A stretch of 64,000 bases of DNA from an uncultured Anaerolineales bacterium (GCA_964501335.1 CAZCTC010000023.1:23216-87215), one strand, 5' to 3'; positions 47,851 to 56,631 are shown, numbered from the stretch's first letter. The notes: generated by a model not told the origin, from the sequence alone. Numbers and translations are program-made.

Positions 47851-48058
47851 AAGCCTCTGTTTTCGCTCTGATAAAAAGCCTATGTTTTCGCGGGCTTTCT
47901 GAAGCCCGCGAAAACATAAATAAAAAATTCTCTTTCCCTATCTGGCGCGTCGCCTTTTACCTTAAAAAGGCCTGTTGCGGGACGTAAAAAGCCGACATTT
48001 AAACAAACAACCGCACCGGCAAAAAACATTACGTTTTACGTTTCACGTTTTACGTTTC
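47851..48058 (+). repeat. Mosaic repeat tract: partial R2 arm, R2 hairpin, motif B, CCGCAC block, four ACGTTTY heptads
   Basis: Hairpin TATGTTTTCGCGGGCTT-TCTG-AAGCCCGCGAAAACATA (47881-47918). Motif B at 47940-47984. ACGTTTT ACGTTTC ACGTTTT ACGTTTC at 48031-48058. 47873-48052 is duplicated at 51019-51197. Confidence 0.9.
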
Positions 48059-48076
48059 AGATCCCGGAGGTACATC

Positions 48077-50689
48077 ATGAACAACCTGAGGATTGGCGTC
48101 AAATTAATTGGTGCATTCATCATCGTCGCCCTGATTGCCGGCATCACCGGCGCCGTCGGCTACGTGAGCCTGTCCAGCGTTACCGACTCTTACAACATGG
48201 TCACGGAAAACTACCTGCCTGCCGTCCATGCCCTGGGCGTCATCAACGAAGCTCAAACCGCCATCGACTCCGGGTACAACAACCTCGCCAATCCCATGTT
48301 GGAAGACCCCCAACTGCGCAAGGCCGAATTCACCAATATCGATAGGGCCTACGAACGGTACACAGCGGCTTTAAAGATCTATGAACCGACCATCCTCCCC
48401 GGCACCCAGGAAGAAAGTCTCTTCGATGACTTTGAAATCAAATGGAAAAACTGGGAAACCGATTACCAAACCATCGTCGATCTGGCCCGGGAAGAAGATC
48501 AACTGCGCGCCGGGAACATTTCGACCAACGACGCTCGCATCCAGGAAATCGACGATCAAATCTATTCAGCCGTACTCGACATTGATGACAGCTTTACGGC
48601 GGCCGAAACGGCGCTCGCAGCATTGGTCGATTACAATTACACCCAGGCCGGCCTGGCGGATAAATCCGCCGATGCCCAATCTGAAAATTCCCGCAACCTC
48701 ATCCTCGCCGTCATCGGCTTTGCCATGATCACCGCCATCATCCTGGGCTGGGTTCTTTCCAACAGCATCACCAGCCCTCTGAGCCAGGGCGTCCAAATGA
48801 TGCAGGAACTGAGCCTGGGACACCTCGGAATCCGCCTCTATATGACTCGCAAAGACGAGATCGGGGTGCTCGCCCGCGCCATGGACCGCTTCGCCGACGA
48901 CCTCCAGGTTGTCGTGGTCGGCTCACTGAAACGGATCGCCGACGGCGACCTCTCCATGGAAATCACCCCCAAAGACGGCCAGGATGAGATCGCTCCGGCC
49001 CTCAAACAGATCGTCGCCGCCCTCCGCGGCCTCATCGCCGAAGCCGGCACCCTCACCCGCGCCGCCGTCGACGGCCGGCTCTCCGTCCGCGGCGAGGCCG
49101 GCAAATTCAAAGGCGGCTACCGCGAGATCGTCCAGGGCGTCAACGACACCCTCGACGCCGTCATCGGCCCCCTCAATGTCGCCGCCGAATATGTCGAACG
49201 CATCGCCCGCGGCGATATGCCCCCCACCATCACCGACAAATACAACGGCGACTTCAATGAGATCAAGAACAACCTCAACACCCTCATCACCACCCTCAAC
49301 CTCTTCGCCGAAGAAAACGCCCGCATGAGCCGCGAACAGAACGCCGGCGACCTCGACGCCCGCATCAATGTCGAGCGCTTCTCCGGCTTCTACCGCCAGA
49401 TCGCCCAGGGCGTCGTCGATCAGGTCTTCGAGCACATCCGCATCAAACGGATGATCACCGAGGTCGTCGGCCGCTACGGCGAAGGCGACTTCTCCGCCAC
49501 CATGGAAAAACTCCCCGGCAAGAAGGCCTTCATCAACGAACGACTCGATACCGTCAAAGCCAACCTCAGCAGCCTCGTCGAAGAGGTCAACACCCTCTCC
49601 CGCGCCGCCGTCGACGGCAAACTCGCCACCCGCGCCAACGCCAATCGCTTCAAAGGCGGCTGGAACGCCCTCGTCCGCGGCCTCAACGACATCCTCGACT
49701 CGGTCATCACCCCCCTCAACGTCGCCGCCGACTACGTCGACCGCATGGCCCGCGGCGAGATCCCCCAGCCCATCACCGACCGCTACAACGGCGACTTCGA
49801 CACCTTCAAGAACAACCTCAACCGCCTGAGCGATCAGCTCCGCACCATGCTCCGCAACTTCAACGACGCCAGCAACAACCTCGCCTCCGCCGCCGCCGAA
49901 ATCCTCGCCGCCACCACCCAGCAGGCCTCCGGCGCCAGCGAACAATCCGCCGCCATCTCCCAGACCACCACCACCGTCGACGAGGTCAAGGCCATCGCCG
50001 AACAGGCCGCCTCCCGCGCTCAGGAAGTCGCCAACGCCGGCCAGCGCACCCTCGAAGTCTCCCGCACCGGCCAGAAAGCCGTCCAGGACACCATCGACAG
50101 CATGGCCCAGATCAAAGAACAGGTCGAAGGGATCGCCGAAAACATCGTCGCCCTCTCCGAACAGACCCAGCAGATCAGCGAGATCATCGCCTCCGTCAAC
50201 GAGATCGCCGCCCAATCCAACATGCTCGCCCTCAACGCCTCCATCGAGGCCGCCCGCGCCGGCGAATACGGCAAGGGCTTCGCCGTCGTCGCCATGGAAG
50301 TCCGCAATCTCGCCGAGCAATCTCGACAGGCCACCACCCAGGTCAAAACCATCCTCTCCGAAATCCAGCGCGCCACCAACGCCACCGCCATGGCCACCGA
50401 GGAAGGCGCCAAAGGCGTCGACATGGGCGTCCAGCTCGCCGCCCAGGCCCGGCTCTCCATCGACCAGATGTACAGCGTGATCAGCGAATCCGCCCAGGCC
50501 GCCTCCCAGGTCCTCGCCGGCAGCCGCCAGCAGGTCTCCGGCGTCGAACAGATGGCCGTCGCCATGCAGAACATCAACCAGGCCACCGTCCAGAGCCTGG
50601 CCAGCACCCGGCAGGCCGAGCGCGCCGCCCAGAGCCTCAACGAACTCGCCCGCGCCCTGCTCCAGAACGTCGCCCAATATCGAATCTAG
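48077..50689 (+). CDS. Methyl-accepting chemotaxis protein (paralogue of MCP-1 with a different sensor domain)
   Basis: TM1 ([18 protein letters not shown]), a ~220-aa helical sensor, TM2, HAMP, and repeat units. The C-terminal ~310 aa are identical to MCP-1. GGAGG RBS lies before the ATG at 48077. Confidence 0.9.
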   Translation: MNNLRIGVKLIGAFIIVALIAGITGAVGYVSLSSVTDSYNMVTENYLPAVHALGVINEAQTAIDSGYNNLANPMLEDPQLRKAEFTNIDRAYERYTAALKIYEPTILPGTQEESLFDDFEIKWKNWETDYQTIVDLAREEDQLRAGNISTNDARIQEIDDQIYSAVLDIDDSFTAAETALAALVDYNYTQAGLADKSADAQSENSRNLILAVIGFAMITAIILGWVLSNSITSPLSQGVQMMQELSLGHLGIRLYMTRKDEIGVLARAMDRFADDLQVVVVGSLKRIADGDLSMEITPKDGQDEIAPALKQIVAALRGLIAEAGTLTRAAVDGRLSVRGEAGKFKGGYREIVQGVNDTLDAVIGPLNVAAEYVERIARGDMPPTITDKYNGDFNEIKNNLNTLITTLNLFAEENARMSREQNAGDLDARINVERFSGFYRQIAQGVVDQVFEHIRIKRMITEVVGRYGEGDFSATMEKLPGKKAFINERLDTVKANLSSLVEEVNTLSRAAVDGKLATRANANRFKGGWNALVRGLNDILDSVITPLNVAADYVDRMARGEIPQPITDRYNGDFDTFKNNLNRLSDQLRTMLRNFNDASNNLASAAAEILAATTQQASGASEQSAAISQTTTTVDEVKAIAEQAASRAQEVANAGQRTLEVSRTGQKAVQDTIDSMAQIKEQVEGIAENIVALSEQTQQISEIIASVNEIAAQSNMLALNASIEAARAGEYGKGFAVVAMEVRNLAEQSRQATTQVKTILSEIQRATNATAMATEEGAKGVDMGVQLAAQARLSIDQMYSVISESAQAASQVLAGSRQQVSGVEQMAVAMQNINQATVQSLASTRQAERAAQSLNELARALLQNVAQYRI
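49730..50658 (+). repeat. 929-bp segment of MCP-2 that appears identical to 46761-47689
   Basis: See 46761-47689. Identity ends 31 nt before each stop codon (ALIQNV vs ALLQNV). Confidence 0.85.
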
Positions 50690-50720
50690 GCATTTTATTA
50701 ACATGTACAAACCCCGGGGA

Positions 50721-50787
50721 GGGCGCCCACGCCGGGGCGCCCCTACATCAGAGGGCCTATTGTAGGGGCGGCCCGATGTGGCCGCCC
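50721..50787 (+). repeat. REPIN-like doublet (R1), copy c
   Basis: GGGCGCCC-ACGCCG-GGGCGCCC-CTAC-ATCAGAGGGCCTATT-GTAG-GGGCGGCC-CGATGT-GGCCGCCC, 32 nt after the MCP-2 stop. Confidence 0.9.
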
Positions 50788-50789
50788 TA

Positions 50790-51197
50790 TAAAAAATTCT
50801 CTCTGTCGCCTGGCATCCAGCGCGTCGATTCGAACCGGACAAAGTGTAAGCTTTACGGTTAGCCCGAAAGGCTCAAGAAAAAAGCCCATATTTTGGGCGG
50901 CTTTCTGAAGCCGCCCAAAATATAAATTAAAAAAAATCTCTCTGTCTATCTGGCGCGTCGCTTTTTGCCGAAAAAATGCCTGTTGCGGGGGCATAAAAAA
51001 CCGGGTTTTAGCACTCTCAAAAAGCCTATGTTTTCGCGGGCTTTCTGAAGCCCGCGAAAACATAAATAAAAAATTCTCTTTCCCTATCTGGCGCGTCGCC
51101 TTTTACCTTAAAAAGGCCTGTTGCGGGACGTAAAAAGCCGACATTTAAACAAACAACCGCAGGCAAAAAAACATTACGTTTTACGTTTCACGTTTTA
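50790..51197 (+). repeat. Mosaic repeat tract with two complete tandem units plus a truncated motif B and three ACGTTTY heptads
   Basis: Truncated motif B near 50813-50830. Hairpin ATATTTTGGGCGGCTT-TCTG-AAGCCGCCCAAAATAT (50888-50923). Motif B at 50948-50990. Hairpin at 51027-51064. Motif B at 51086-51130. Heptads at 51176-51196. Confidence 0.9.
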
Positions 51198-51211
51198 GGA
51201 AGGAGGGTCCC

Positions 51212-53551
51212 ATGTCCCTCAGTGCACAAATTCGGGCACAATTGATCAATAGCTTTCGGGCAGAACTCGCCGAACACATCCAAACGATGACGGACGGCCT
51301 GCTCGCCCTGGAACAACATAAACTTACTCCCGAGCAGGAACCGGAAACGCTCCAGAGCCTCTTCCGTGCCGCCCATAGCCTTAAAGGCGCCGCCCGTGCC
51401 GTCGGTGTGACCGCCATCGAGCAGTTGGGCCACGCCCTGGAAGATGTCCTGGACAGTCTGCAACGCCGTCGGCTCACTCCCACACCAGAACTCTTCTCAG
51501 CCTGCTATCGCACATTGGACACCATCCAGGTGGTCCAGACCGCCTATGAAGCCGGCGCGATCACCCCTCCGATTCAGGTCCTGCAGGCACTCACGGCGCT
51601 GGAACCCTTCCAAAGCAACGCCGCTCCGGCCGGCGACCCTCCAGCGGCGAAAGCGGAAAACGGCGGAGATCCCCCGTCCAATCAAACTCCGGCTCAACCC
51701 CCTGTACCGCCAACTCCACCGGCACCGCCCACACCTCCGGCCTCCAGCCCGGCGCCCGTGCCCGCCGCCAACAACGACACCATCCGCATCCATGCCAGCA
51801 AACTGGATGCCCTGCTCGCCCAGTTGAGTGAATTGCACGTCGCCCGGATTCGCGCCGAACAACGCACCGTCCAGGTCCATCAGGCCCAGGAAGAAATGAG
51901 CCAGTGGCAAAAAGAATGGCTGTCCGTCCGCGAAAGCTACAACCGTCTGGTCCGCCGCTCTGCCAATCGCACCGGCGAACGCGACACCCTCACCCTTCAT
52001 GACACAGACCGACTGCTGGCCTATCTGGAAAACAGCCAGGAACGGCTCCACGAAATGAGCTCCCTGGTCAATCATCTGGCCCGCGAATACAGCAACGACT
52101 CCATGCAACTCTCCATGGCCATCGACGCCCTGGAAGAAGATGTCAAACGGGCCCGCCTGCTCCCACTCAGCACCATCACCGCCCCCTTCGGCCGAATGGT
52201 GCGCGATCTCGCTCAGACCTCCGGAAAATCGGTAACCCTGCAAATCATCGGCAGCGATGTCGAACTGGATAAACGGGTTCTGGAACAGATCAAAGATCCC
52301 TTGATCCATCTGCTGCGCAATGCTGTCGATCACGGCATCGAAACAGCAGAACAACGCACCGCCGCCGGAAAATCGCTCAACGGCCGCATCGTTCTCAAAG
52401 CCGAACAGGCCGGCAAAGAGATCCTCCTCACGGTCAGCGACGACGGAAACGGCCTCAATCTCGAATCCATCCGTCAGGTCGCCGCCCAGCGCGGCCTGGG
52501 CGATCCCGCCGCCATGAACGACGCCGACCTGGCCGAAGTGATCTTCCATGCCGGCGTCTCCACCAGCCAGACAGTCACCGACGTTTCGGGACGCGGCGTC
52601 GGCCTGGATGTGGTCCGGCGCAATGTCGAAGCCCTGCAAGGCCGGATCGCCGTCACCTGGAAAGCCGGAGCCGGTTCGACCTTCACCCTGACCCTGCCCC
52701 TCGCCCTGACCAGCTCCCGGGCCCTGATGGTCAAAGCCGCGCAGCAATCCTTTGCCATTCCGGTCGGCGCCATCGAACGGATCGTACCGGCCGGCCGCGA
52801 ACAGATCCTCTCCGTCGGCGGCCATGAAACCCTGCAATACAACGGCCGCCCACTGCCGGTCGTCCATCTTTGCGATGTCCTCAACATCCCCCGCAACGGG
52901 GAGATGCACAACGACGGACGCTTCACCATCCTGATCCTGGCCTCCGTCGAACGCAAAATGGCCTTCGTCGTCAGTGAACTGGTCGGCGAACAGGAAGTGG
53001 TCATCAAAGGGCTCGGCCGTCAGATCCAACGGGTCAACGGAATCGCCGGCGCCACCATCCTCGGCAACGGAGACGTCCTCCTGATCCTCAATGTCGGGGA
53101 TCTGATCAAACTGGCGCTGCGCAGTGAACGGCGAGCCATCGTGACCACCAACGGAGAAACCGGCAACGTTTCCTCTCCAACCGCCACCAAACAGATCCTG
53201 ATCGTGGATGATTCCATCACCACCCGCACCCTGGAAAAGAACATCCTCGAAGCCGCCGGTTTTGTCGTCTGGGTCGCCACCGACGGGCAGGAAGCCCTTT
53301 CCCACATCATGGAAAACGGCCTGCCCGACCTGGTCATCTCGGATGTCTCAATGCCGCGCATCACCGGCGTCGAACTGACCCGCCACATCAAAACCGACCC
53401 CCGCACCGCGGCCATTCCGGTCATCCTCGTCACCTCGCTCGACTCGCCGGAAGACAAAGCCCGCGGCATCGAAGCCGGCGCCGACGCCTACATCATCAAA
53501 AGCCATTTCGACCAGGACAACCTCCTGGAAACTATCCATCAATTGATTTGA
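51212..53551 (+). CDS. cheA: CheA histidine kinase with a fused C-terminal receiver and a Pro-rich linker in place of P2
   Basis: Hpt FRAAHSLKGAARAVG. Linker PPVPPTPPAPPTPPASSPAPVP. HATPase (HLLRNAVDHGIE, SDDGNGL, GRGVGLDVV). CheW-like P5. REC (ILIVDDSITTR...VISDVSMPRITG). Confidence 0.9.
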   Translation: MSLSAQIRAQLINSFRAELAEHIQTMTDGLLALEQHKLTPEQEPETLQSLFRAAHSLKGAARAVGVTAIEQLGHALEDVLDSLQRRRLTPTPELFSACYRTLDTIQVVQTAYEAGAITPPIQVLQALTALEPFQSNAAPAGDPPAAKAENGGDPPSNQTPAQPPVPPTPPAPPTPPASSPAPVPAANNDTIRIHASKLDALLAQLSELHVARIRAEQRTVQVHQAQEEMSQWQKEWLSVRESYNRLVRRSANRTGERDTLTLHDTDRLLAYLENSQERLHEMSSLVNHLAREYSNDSMQLSMAIDALEEDVKRARLLPLSTITAPFGRMVRDLAQTSGKSVTLQIIGSDVELDKRVLEQIKDPLIHLLRNAVDHGIETAEQRTAAGKSLNGRIVLKAEQAGKEILLTVSDDGNGLNLESIRQVAAQRGLGDPAAMNDADLAEVIFHAGVSTSQTVTDVSGRGVGLDVVRRNVEALQGRIAVTWKAGAGSTFTLTLPLALTSSRALMVKAAQQSFAIPVGAIERIVPAGREQILSVGGHETLQYNGRPLPVVHLCDVLNIPRNGEMHNDGRFTILILASVERKMAFVVSELVGEQEVVIKGLGRQIQRVNGIAGATILGNGDVLLILNVGDLIKLALRSERRAIVTTNGETGNVSSPTATKQILIVDDSITTRTLEKNILEAAGFVVWVATDGQEALSHIMENGLPDLVISDVSMPRITGVELTRHIKTDPRTAAIPVILVTSLDSPEDKARGIEAGADAYIIKSHFDQDNLLETIHQLI

Positions 53552-53553
53552 CT

Positions 53554-53737
53554 TATATTTTCGCGCGCGCCAGAGGCGCGCGCGAAAATATAATAAATAC
53601 AAAAATACAGTTAACCCGGAAAAGTGGAAAAAGAGCCTGTGTTTTGGCGCGTTTTCTGAAGCGCGCCAAAACACCAAAAAAATTCTCTCTCCATCCAGCG
53701 CGGCGCTCTTGACCGGAAAAGTGCCATTTGCGGGACG
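53554..53737 (+). repeat. Mosaic repeat tract: two R2 hairpins plus motif B
   Basis: TATATTTTCGCGCGCGCC-AGA-GGCGCGCGCGAAAATATA (53554-53592, begins 3 nt after the cheA stop). GTGTTTTGGCGCG...CGCGCCAAAACAC (53639-53674). Motif B at 53691-53737 ends 39 nt before the cheY ATG. Confidence 0.9.
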
Positions 53738-53776
53738 AAAAAAGCAGTTTTCAACCCGAAAAAATAAGGGGTAAAT

Positions 53777-54148
53777 ATGTTAACCATCCTGATGATCGAA
53801 GACAGTCTCGTACAGGGAGAGCTCACCCAGGACTTCCTCGGCCAATACGGCATCCAGGTCAAATGGGCCCAAAACGGCGAAGAAGGTCTCTCGCTCGCAG
53901 AAACCGAAATGCCCGACTTCATCCTGCTGGACCTGGAAATGCCCGGACTCAGCGGCTTTGACGTCTGCCGCCAGCTGAAGTTCAATTCCGCCACGGCCGC
54001 AATCCCGGTCATCATCCTCACCGCGCACACCGAACTGCCGGCCGTGCGCGAGCTGCTGAACCTGGGCGCCATCGACTTCATTCCCAAAGATGCCTACTCT
54101 CATCAAGTGCTGGTCGAAACCCTGCGCCAACTGGGAACGGAGATCTGA
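53777..54148 (+). CDS. cheY: CheY-like single-domain response regulator
   Basis: ILMIEDSLVQGEL...ILLDLEMPGLSGFD...ILTAH...IPKD. Confidence 0.9.
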   Translation: MLTILMIEDSLVQGELTQDFLGQYGIQVKWAQNGEEGLSLAETEMPDFILLDLEMPGLSGFDVCRQLKFNSATAAIPVIILTAHTELPAVRELLNLGAIDFIPKDAYSHQVLVETLRQLGTEI

Positions 54149-54149
54149 A

Positions 54150-55214
54150 ATGGACTCCGGTCCGCTCCCCCTCAAACCGGTGCGGGTCGTGGTGGTAGAC
54201 GATTCTCCCACCATGCGCGGCCTGCTGGTTGCCATGCTCGAAAGCGCCGGTCAAATCCAGGTCGTCGGAATCGGTGAAAACGGCGAAGATGCCGTTCGCC
54301 TCACCCAGCGCATGCGTCCCGATGCTCTGGCCATGGACATCACCATGCCCAAAATGGACGGGCTGGAGGCCACACGCCAGATCATGCGCGAGATTCCCAC
54401 GCCCATCATCCTCATCTCCGGCTCGCGCGTTCAAAAAGATATCAACCTGACCTTTGAAGCGCTGCAACTGGGCGCCCTGGCCGTCGTTGAAAAACCCGGC
54501 CTGGAAAACACCCGCGCCTGGGAAGATCTCATCCGCACCATCCGATTGATGTCCGCAGTTCCCGTGGTCCGCCGCTGGGACAACAGTCGTCCGACCAGCG
54601 TCCCGGCTTTCCCCATGGCCACCGCCCGGGCTACCATTAACGAACGGCCTCAGATCATCGGTATCGCCGCCTCCACCGGCGGCCCGGGCGTCCTGGCCAC
54701 CATCCTGGGAGGGCTTTCCGCCGACTTTCCCCTCCCCATTCTGATCGTCCAGCATGTCACGCCGGGCTTTGCACAGGGCTTGGCCGAATGGCTGAACACC
54801 CAGACCCCCTTGCAGGTACGGCTGGCCGTCCACGGCGAAACGCCCCGCAGCGGCACCGTCCTGCTGGCTCCCGACGATTGCCATCTGCGCATCAACGAAC
54901 GCAACCTGGTGGAACTGAGCAAAGATCCGCCCTACAAAAAATTCCGGCCTTCCGCCAACTATCTTTTCGGCTCCCTGGCCCAATATTACGGGGCCCGCGC
55001 CGTCGGCATTGAACTTACCGGCATGGGAGACGACGGCGTGGAAGGCTTGCTCGCCCTGCATCGGGCCGGCGGCCATACGCTGGCTCAGGATGCAGAAAGT
55101 TCGGTCGTCTATGGAATGCCGCAAGAAGCCGTCTTACAAAATGCCGTCGATGAAATTCTGGCGCCGACCCAAATCACCGAGTGGCTCAATCAATTAGTAG
55201 CCCGACTCAAATAA
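54150..55214 (+). CDS. cheB: CheB protein-glutamate methylesterase (REC plus CheB_methylest)
   Basis: VRVVVVDDSPTMRGLL...AMDITMPKMDGLE. Catalytic domain IIGIAASTGGPGVL...LTGMGDDGVEGL. The ATG at 54150 lies 1 nt after the cheY stop. Confidence 0.9.
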   Translation: MDSGPLPLKPVRVVVVDDSPTMRGLLVAMLESAGQIQVVGIGENGEDAVRLTQRMRPDALAMDITMPKMDGLEATRQIMREIPTPIILISGSRVQKDINLTFEALQLGALAVVEKPGLENTRAWEDLIRTIRLMSAVPVVRRWDNSRPTSVPAFPMATARATINERPQIIGIAASTGGPGVLATILGGLSADFPLPILIVQHVTPGFAQGLAEWLNTQTPLQVRLAVHGETPRSGTVLLAPDDCHLRINERNLVELSKDPPYKKFRPSANYLFGSLAQYYGARAVGIELTGMGDDGVEGLLALHRAGGHTLAQDAESSVVYGMPQEAVLQNAVDEILAPTQITEWLNQLVARLK

Positions 55215-55215
55215 C

Positions 55216-55431
55216 CAGGCTGGAAAACAAGAGGAAAAACTATGTTCTCGCGGGCTTTCCGAAGTCGCTCCAAACATAAATAAAAATCGACCTGTGCGGT
55301 CAGCCTGGAAAACAAGAGAAAAAGCCATGTTTTCGCGGGCTTTCCGAAGCCCGCGAAAACATAAATAAAAAAAATTCTCTCCTCCCATCCAGCGCGGCGC
55401 TTTTTACCAGGAAATCATCGAGTGCAGGACG
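55216..55431 (+). repeat. Mosaic repeat tract: ~90-bp tandem duplication (decayed plus intact R2 hairpin) and motif B
   Basis: Decayed hairpin at 55241-55278. GACCTGTGCGGTCAGCCTGG block. Intact ATGTTTTCGCGGGCTT-TCCG-AAGCCCGCGAAAACAT (55327-55362). Motif B at 55385-55431. Confidence 0.85.
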
Positions 55432-55511
55432 TAACAACTGGCGGTTAAGCAGACCGACGAACCACCACACAGATTGTCAAAAAATTCAGAGGCCCTCCAG
55501 GAGGCTATGCT

Positions 55512-56243
55512 ATGGGCAAAAAACAGGTCTTAATTGTCGATGATGAATTACAGGTGGCACGGGCCTTACGTGCCGCCCTGGAAAGCCGCTTGGGGACCAA
55601 ATGTCAGGTCGAAATCTCCAATGACCCCATGGAAGCCATGGAGAAATTGAAAAACCAGCATTACGATCTCCTGGTAACGGATCTACGTATGCCGGGGATC
55701 AATGGCATGGACCTGTTAAAATATGCCCATAGCCACGATCAAAACCTACGCGCCATCCTGATCACCGCCTTCGGCTCTCCCGATCTGGAACAGAAAGTAC
55801 AGGAATTGCAGGCCCAATATATCCCCAAACCTTTCAATCTGCAGGATTTCATCGTCATCACCCAACAATTACTGGAAGACAACCGCCCTCAGATCATCAT
55901 TCTGGTCAACGGGGATCCCGACGTCATCAATGCCCGTCAAAAGGTACGTGAAGTAGCCCGCACCCTCGGCCTGAACGTCACCGATCAGGCCCGCATCTCC
56001 ATGGCCACCTCATCCATTGCCTACGCCCTCAAAATGGGCTCCACGCACGTCGGCCAGATCCGCATAGAATGGATCGTAGACACCCAGGGCCGGGGCATCC
56101 GCGTCACCTGCACCACCACCGACGGCAAATCGATCGAACTGCCGCCTTCCGCCGTAAAAGATGTCGCCTGGATGGTAGATCAACTGACCGTCGATCCGCT
56201 ACCATCCCAGAACACCCAGGTTGTACTGATCAAATACGTATAA
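55512..56243 (+). CDS. Response regulator with a C-terminal RsbW/SpoIIAB-like (degenerate HATPase-like) domain
   Basis: REC (VLIVDDELQVARAL...LVTDLRMPGINGMD). C-terminal ~115 aa (DVINARQKVREVARTLGLNVTDQARISMATSSIAYALKMG...GIRVTCTTTDG) resemble anti-sigma-factor kinases but lack clear G-boxes. Confidence 0.55.
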   Translation: MGKKQVLIVDDELQVARALRAALESRLGTKCQVEISNDPMEAMEKLKNQHYDLLVTDLRMPGINGMDLLKYAHSHDQNLRAILITAFGSPDLEQKVQELQAQYIPKPFNLQDFIVITQQLLEDNRPQIIILVNGDPDVINARQKVREVARTLGLNVTDQARISMATSSIAYALKMGSTHVGQIRIEWIVDTQGRGIRVTCTTTDGKSIELPPSAVKDVAWMVDQLTVDPLPSQNTQVVLIKYV

Positions 56244-56253
56244 AGAGGGCCCC

Positions 56254-56628
56254 ATGAGCAAACTAGCACTGGTGATTGAAGACAGCGAAACTCAGGCCTG
56301 GCATCTGAAAACCCTGCTGGAAACGGCCCAGATGGCGGTCGATCTGGCCTACAACGGCACCGACGGCTTTGAGCTGGCCCAGATGAACCATCCGGAAGTT
56401 ATCATCCTGGATGTCCAGTTACCGGATATGAACGGCTTTCAGGTCTGCCAGCATCTCAAAGAATTACAGGAAACCGCCGAAATCCCGGTCATCATGCTGA
56501 CCCATCAGGAGACCCACGAAGCCGTGGTGGCCGGTTTACAGGCCGGGGCCGTCGAATTCATCCCCAAAGACGCCTTCGCCGACGCCGTCCTCATCGAAAC
56601 CCTCAAACAGATGGGATTGTTGGAATAA
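56254..56628 (+). CDS. CheY-like single-domain response regulator (second copy)
   Basis: LALVIEDSETQAWHL...IILDVQLPDMNGFQ...MLTHQ...IPKD. Paralogous to 53777-54148. Confidence 0.9.
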   Translation: MSKLALVIEDSETQAWHLKTLLETAQMAVDLAYNGTDGFELAQMNHPEVIILDVQLPDMNGFQVCQHLKELQETAEIPVIMLTHQETHEAVVAGLQAGAVEFIPKDAFADAVLIETLKQMGLLE

Positions 56629-56631
56629 GAA

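Noticed and set aside
47873-47930. R2 hairpins as rho-independent terminators of the plus-strand genes, or as integron attC sites.
   Set aside because: On the plus strand the stem is followed by an A-rich rather than U-rich tract; a U-tract exists only on the minus strand. No GTTRRRY/RYYYAAC core sites and no intI gene are present, and the flanking genes form a functional operon rather than cassettes.
47940-47960. A sigma-54 promoter (TGGCAC-N5-TTGC) within the CTGGCGCGTCGCC part of motif B.
   Set aside because: The GG-to-GC spacing does not fit (13 nt in the best case). Most copies read CCAGCGCG rather than CTGGCGCG.
50743-51063. ORFs lying inside the intergenic repeat tracts: 39710-39997, 40757-40960, 41201-41431, 50743-51063, 53348-53677, 55194-55388, 60175-60432, 28503-28727.
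   Set aside because: They translate the hairpin and mosaic repeats, giving recurring peptides such as [14 protein letters not shown]. They lack RBSs, and their similarity to each other is explained at the DNA level.
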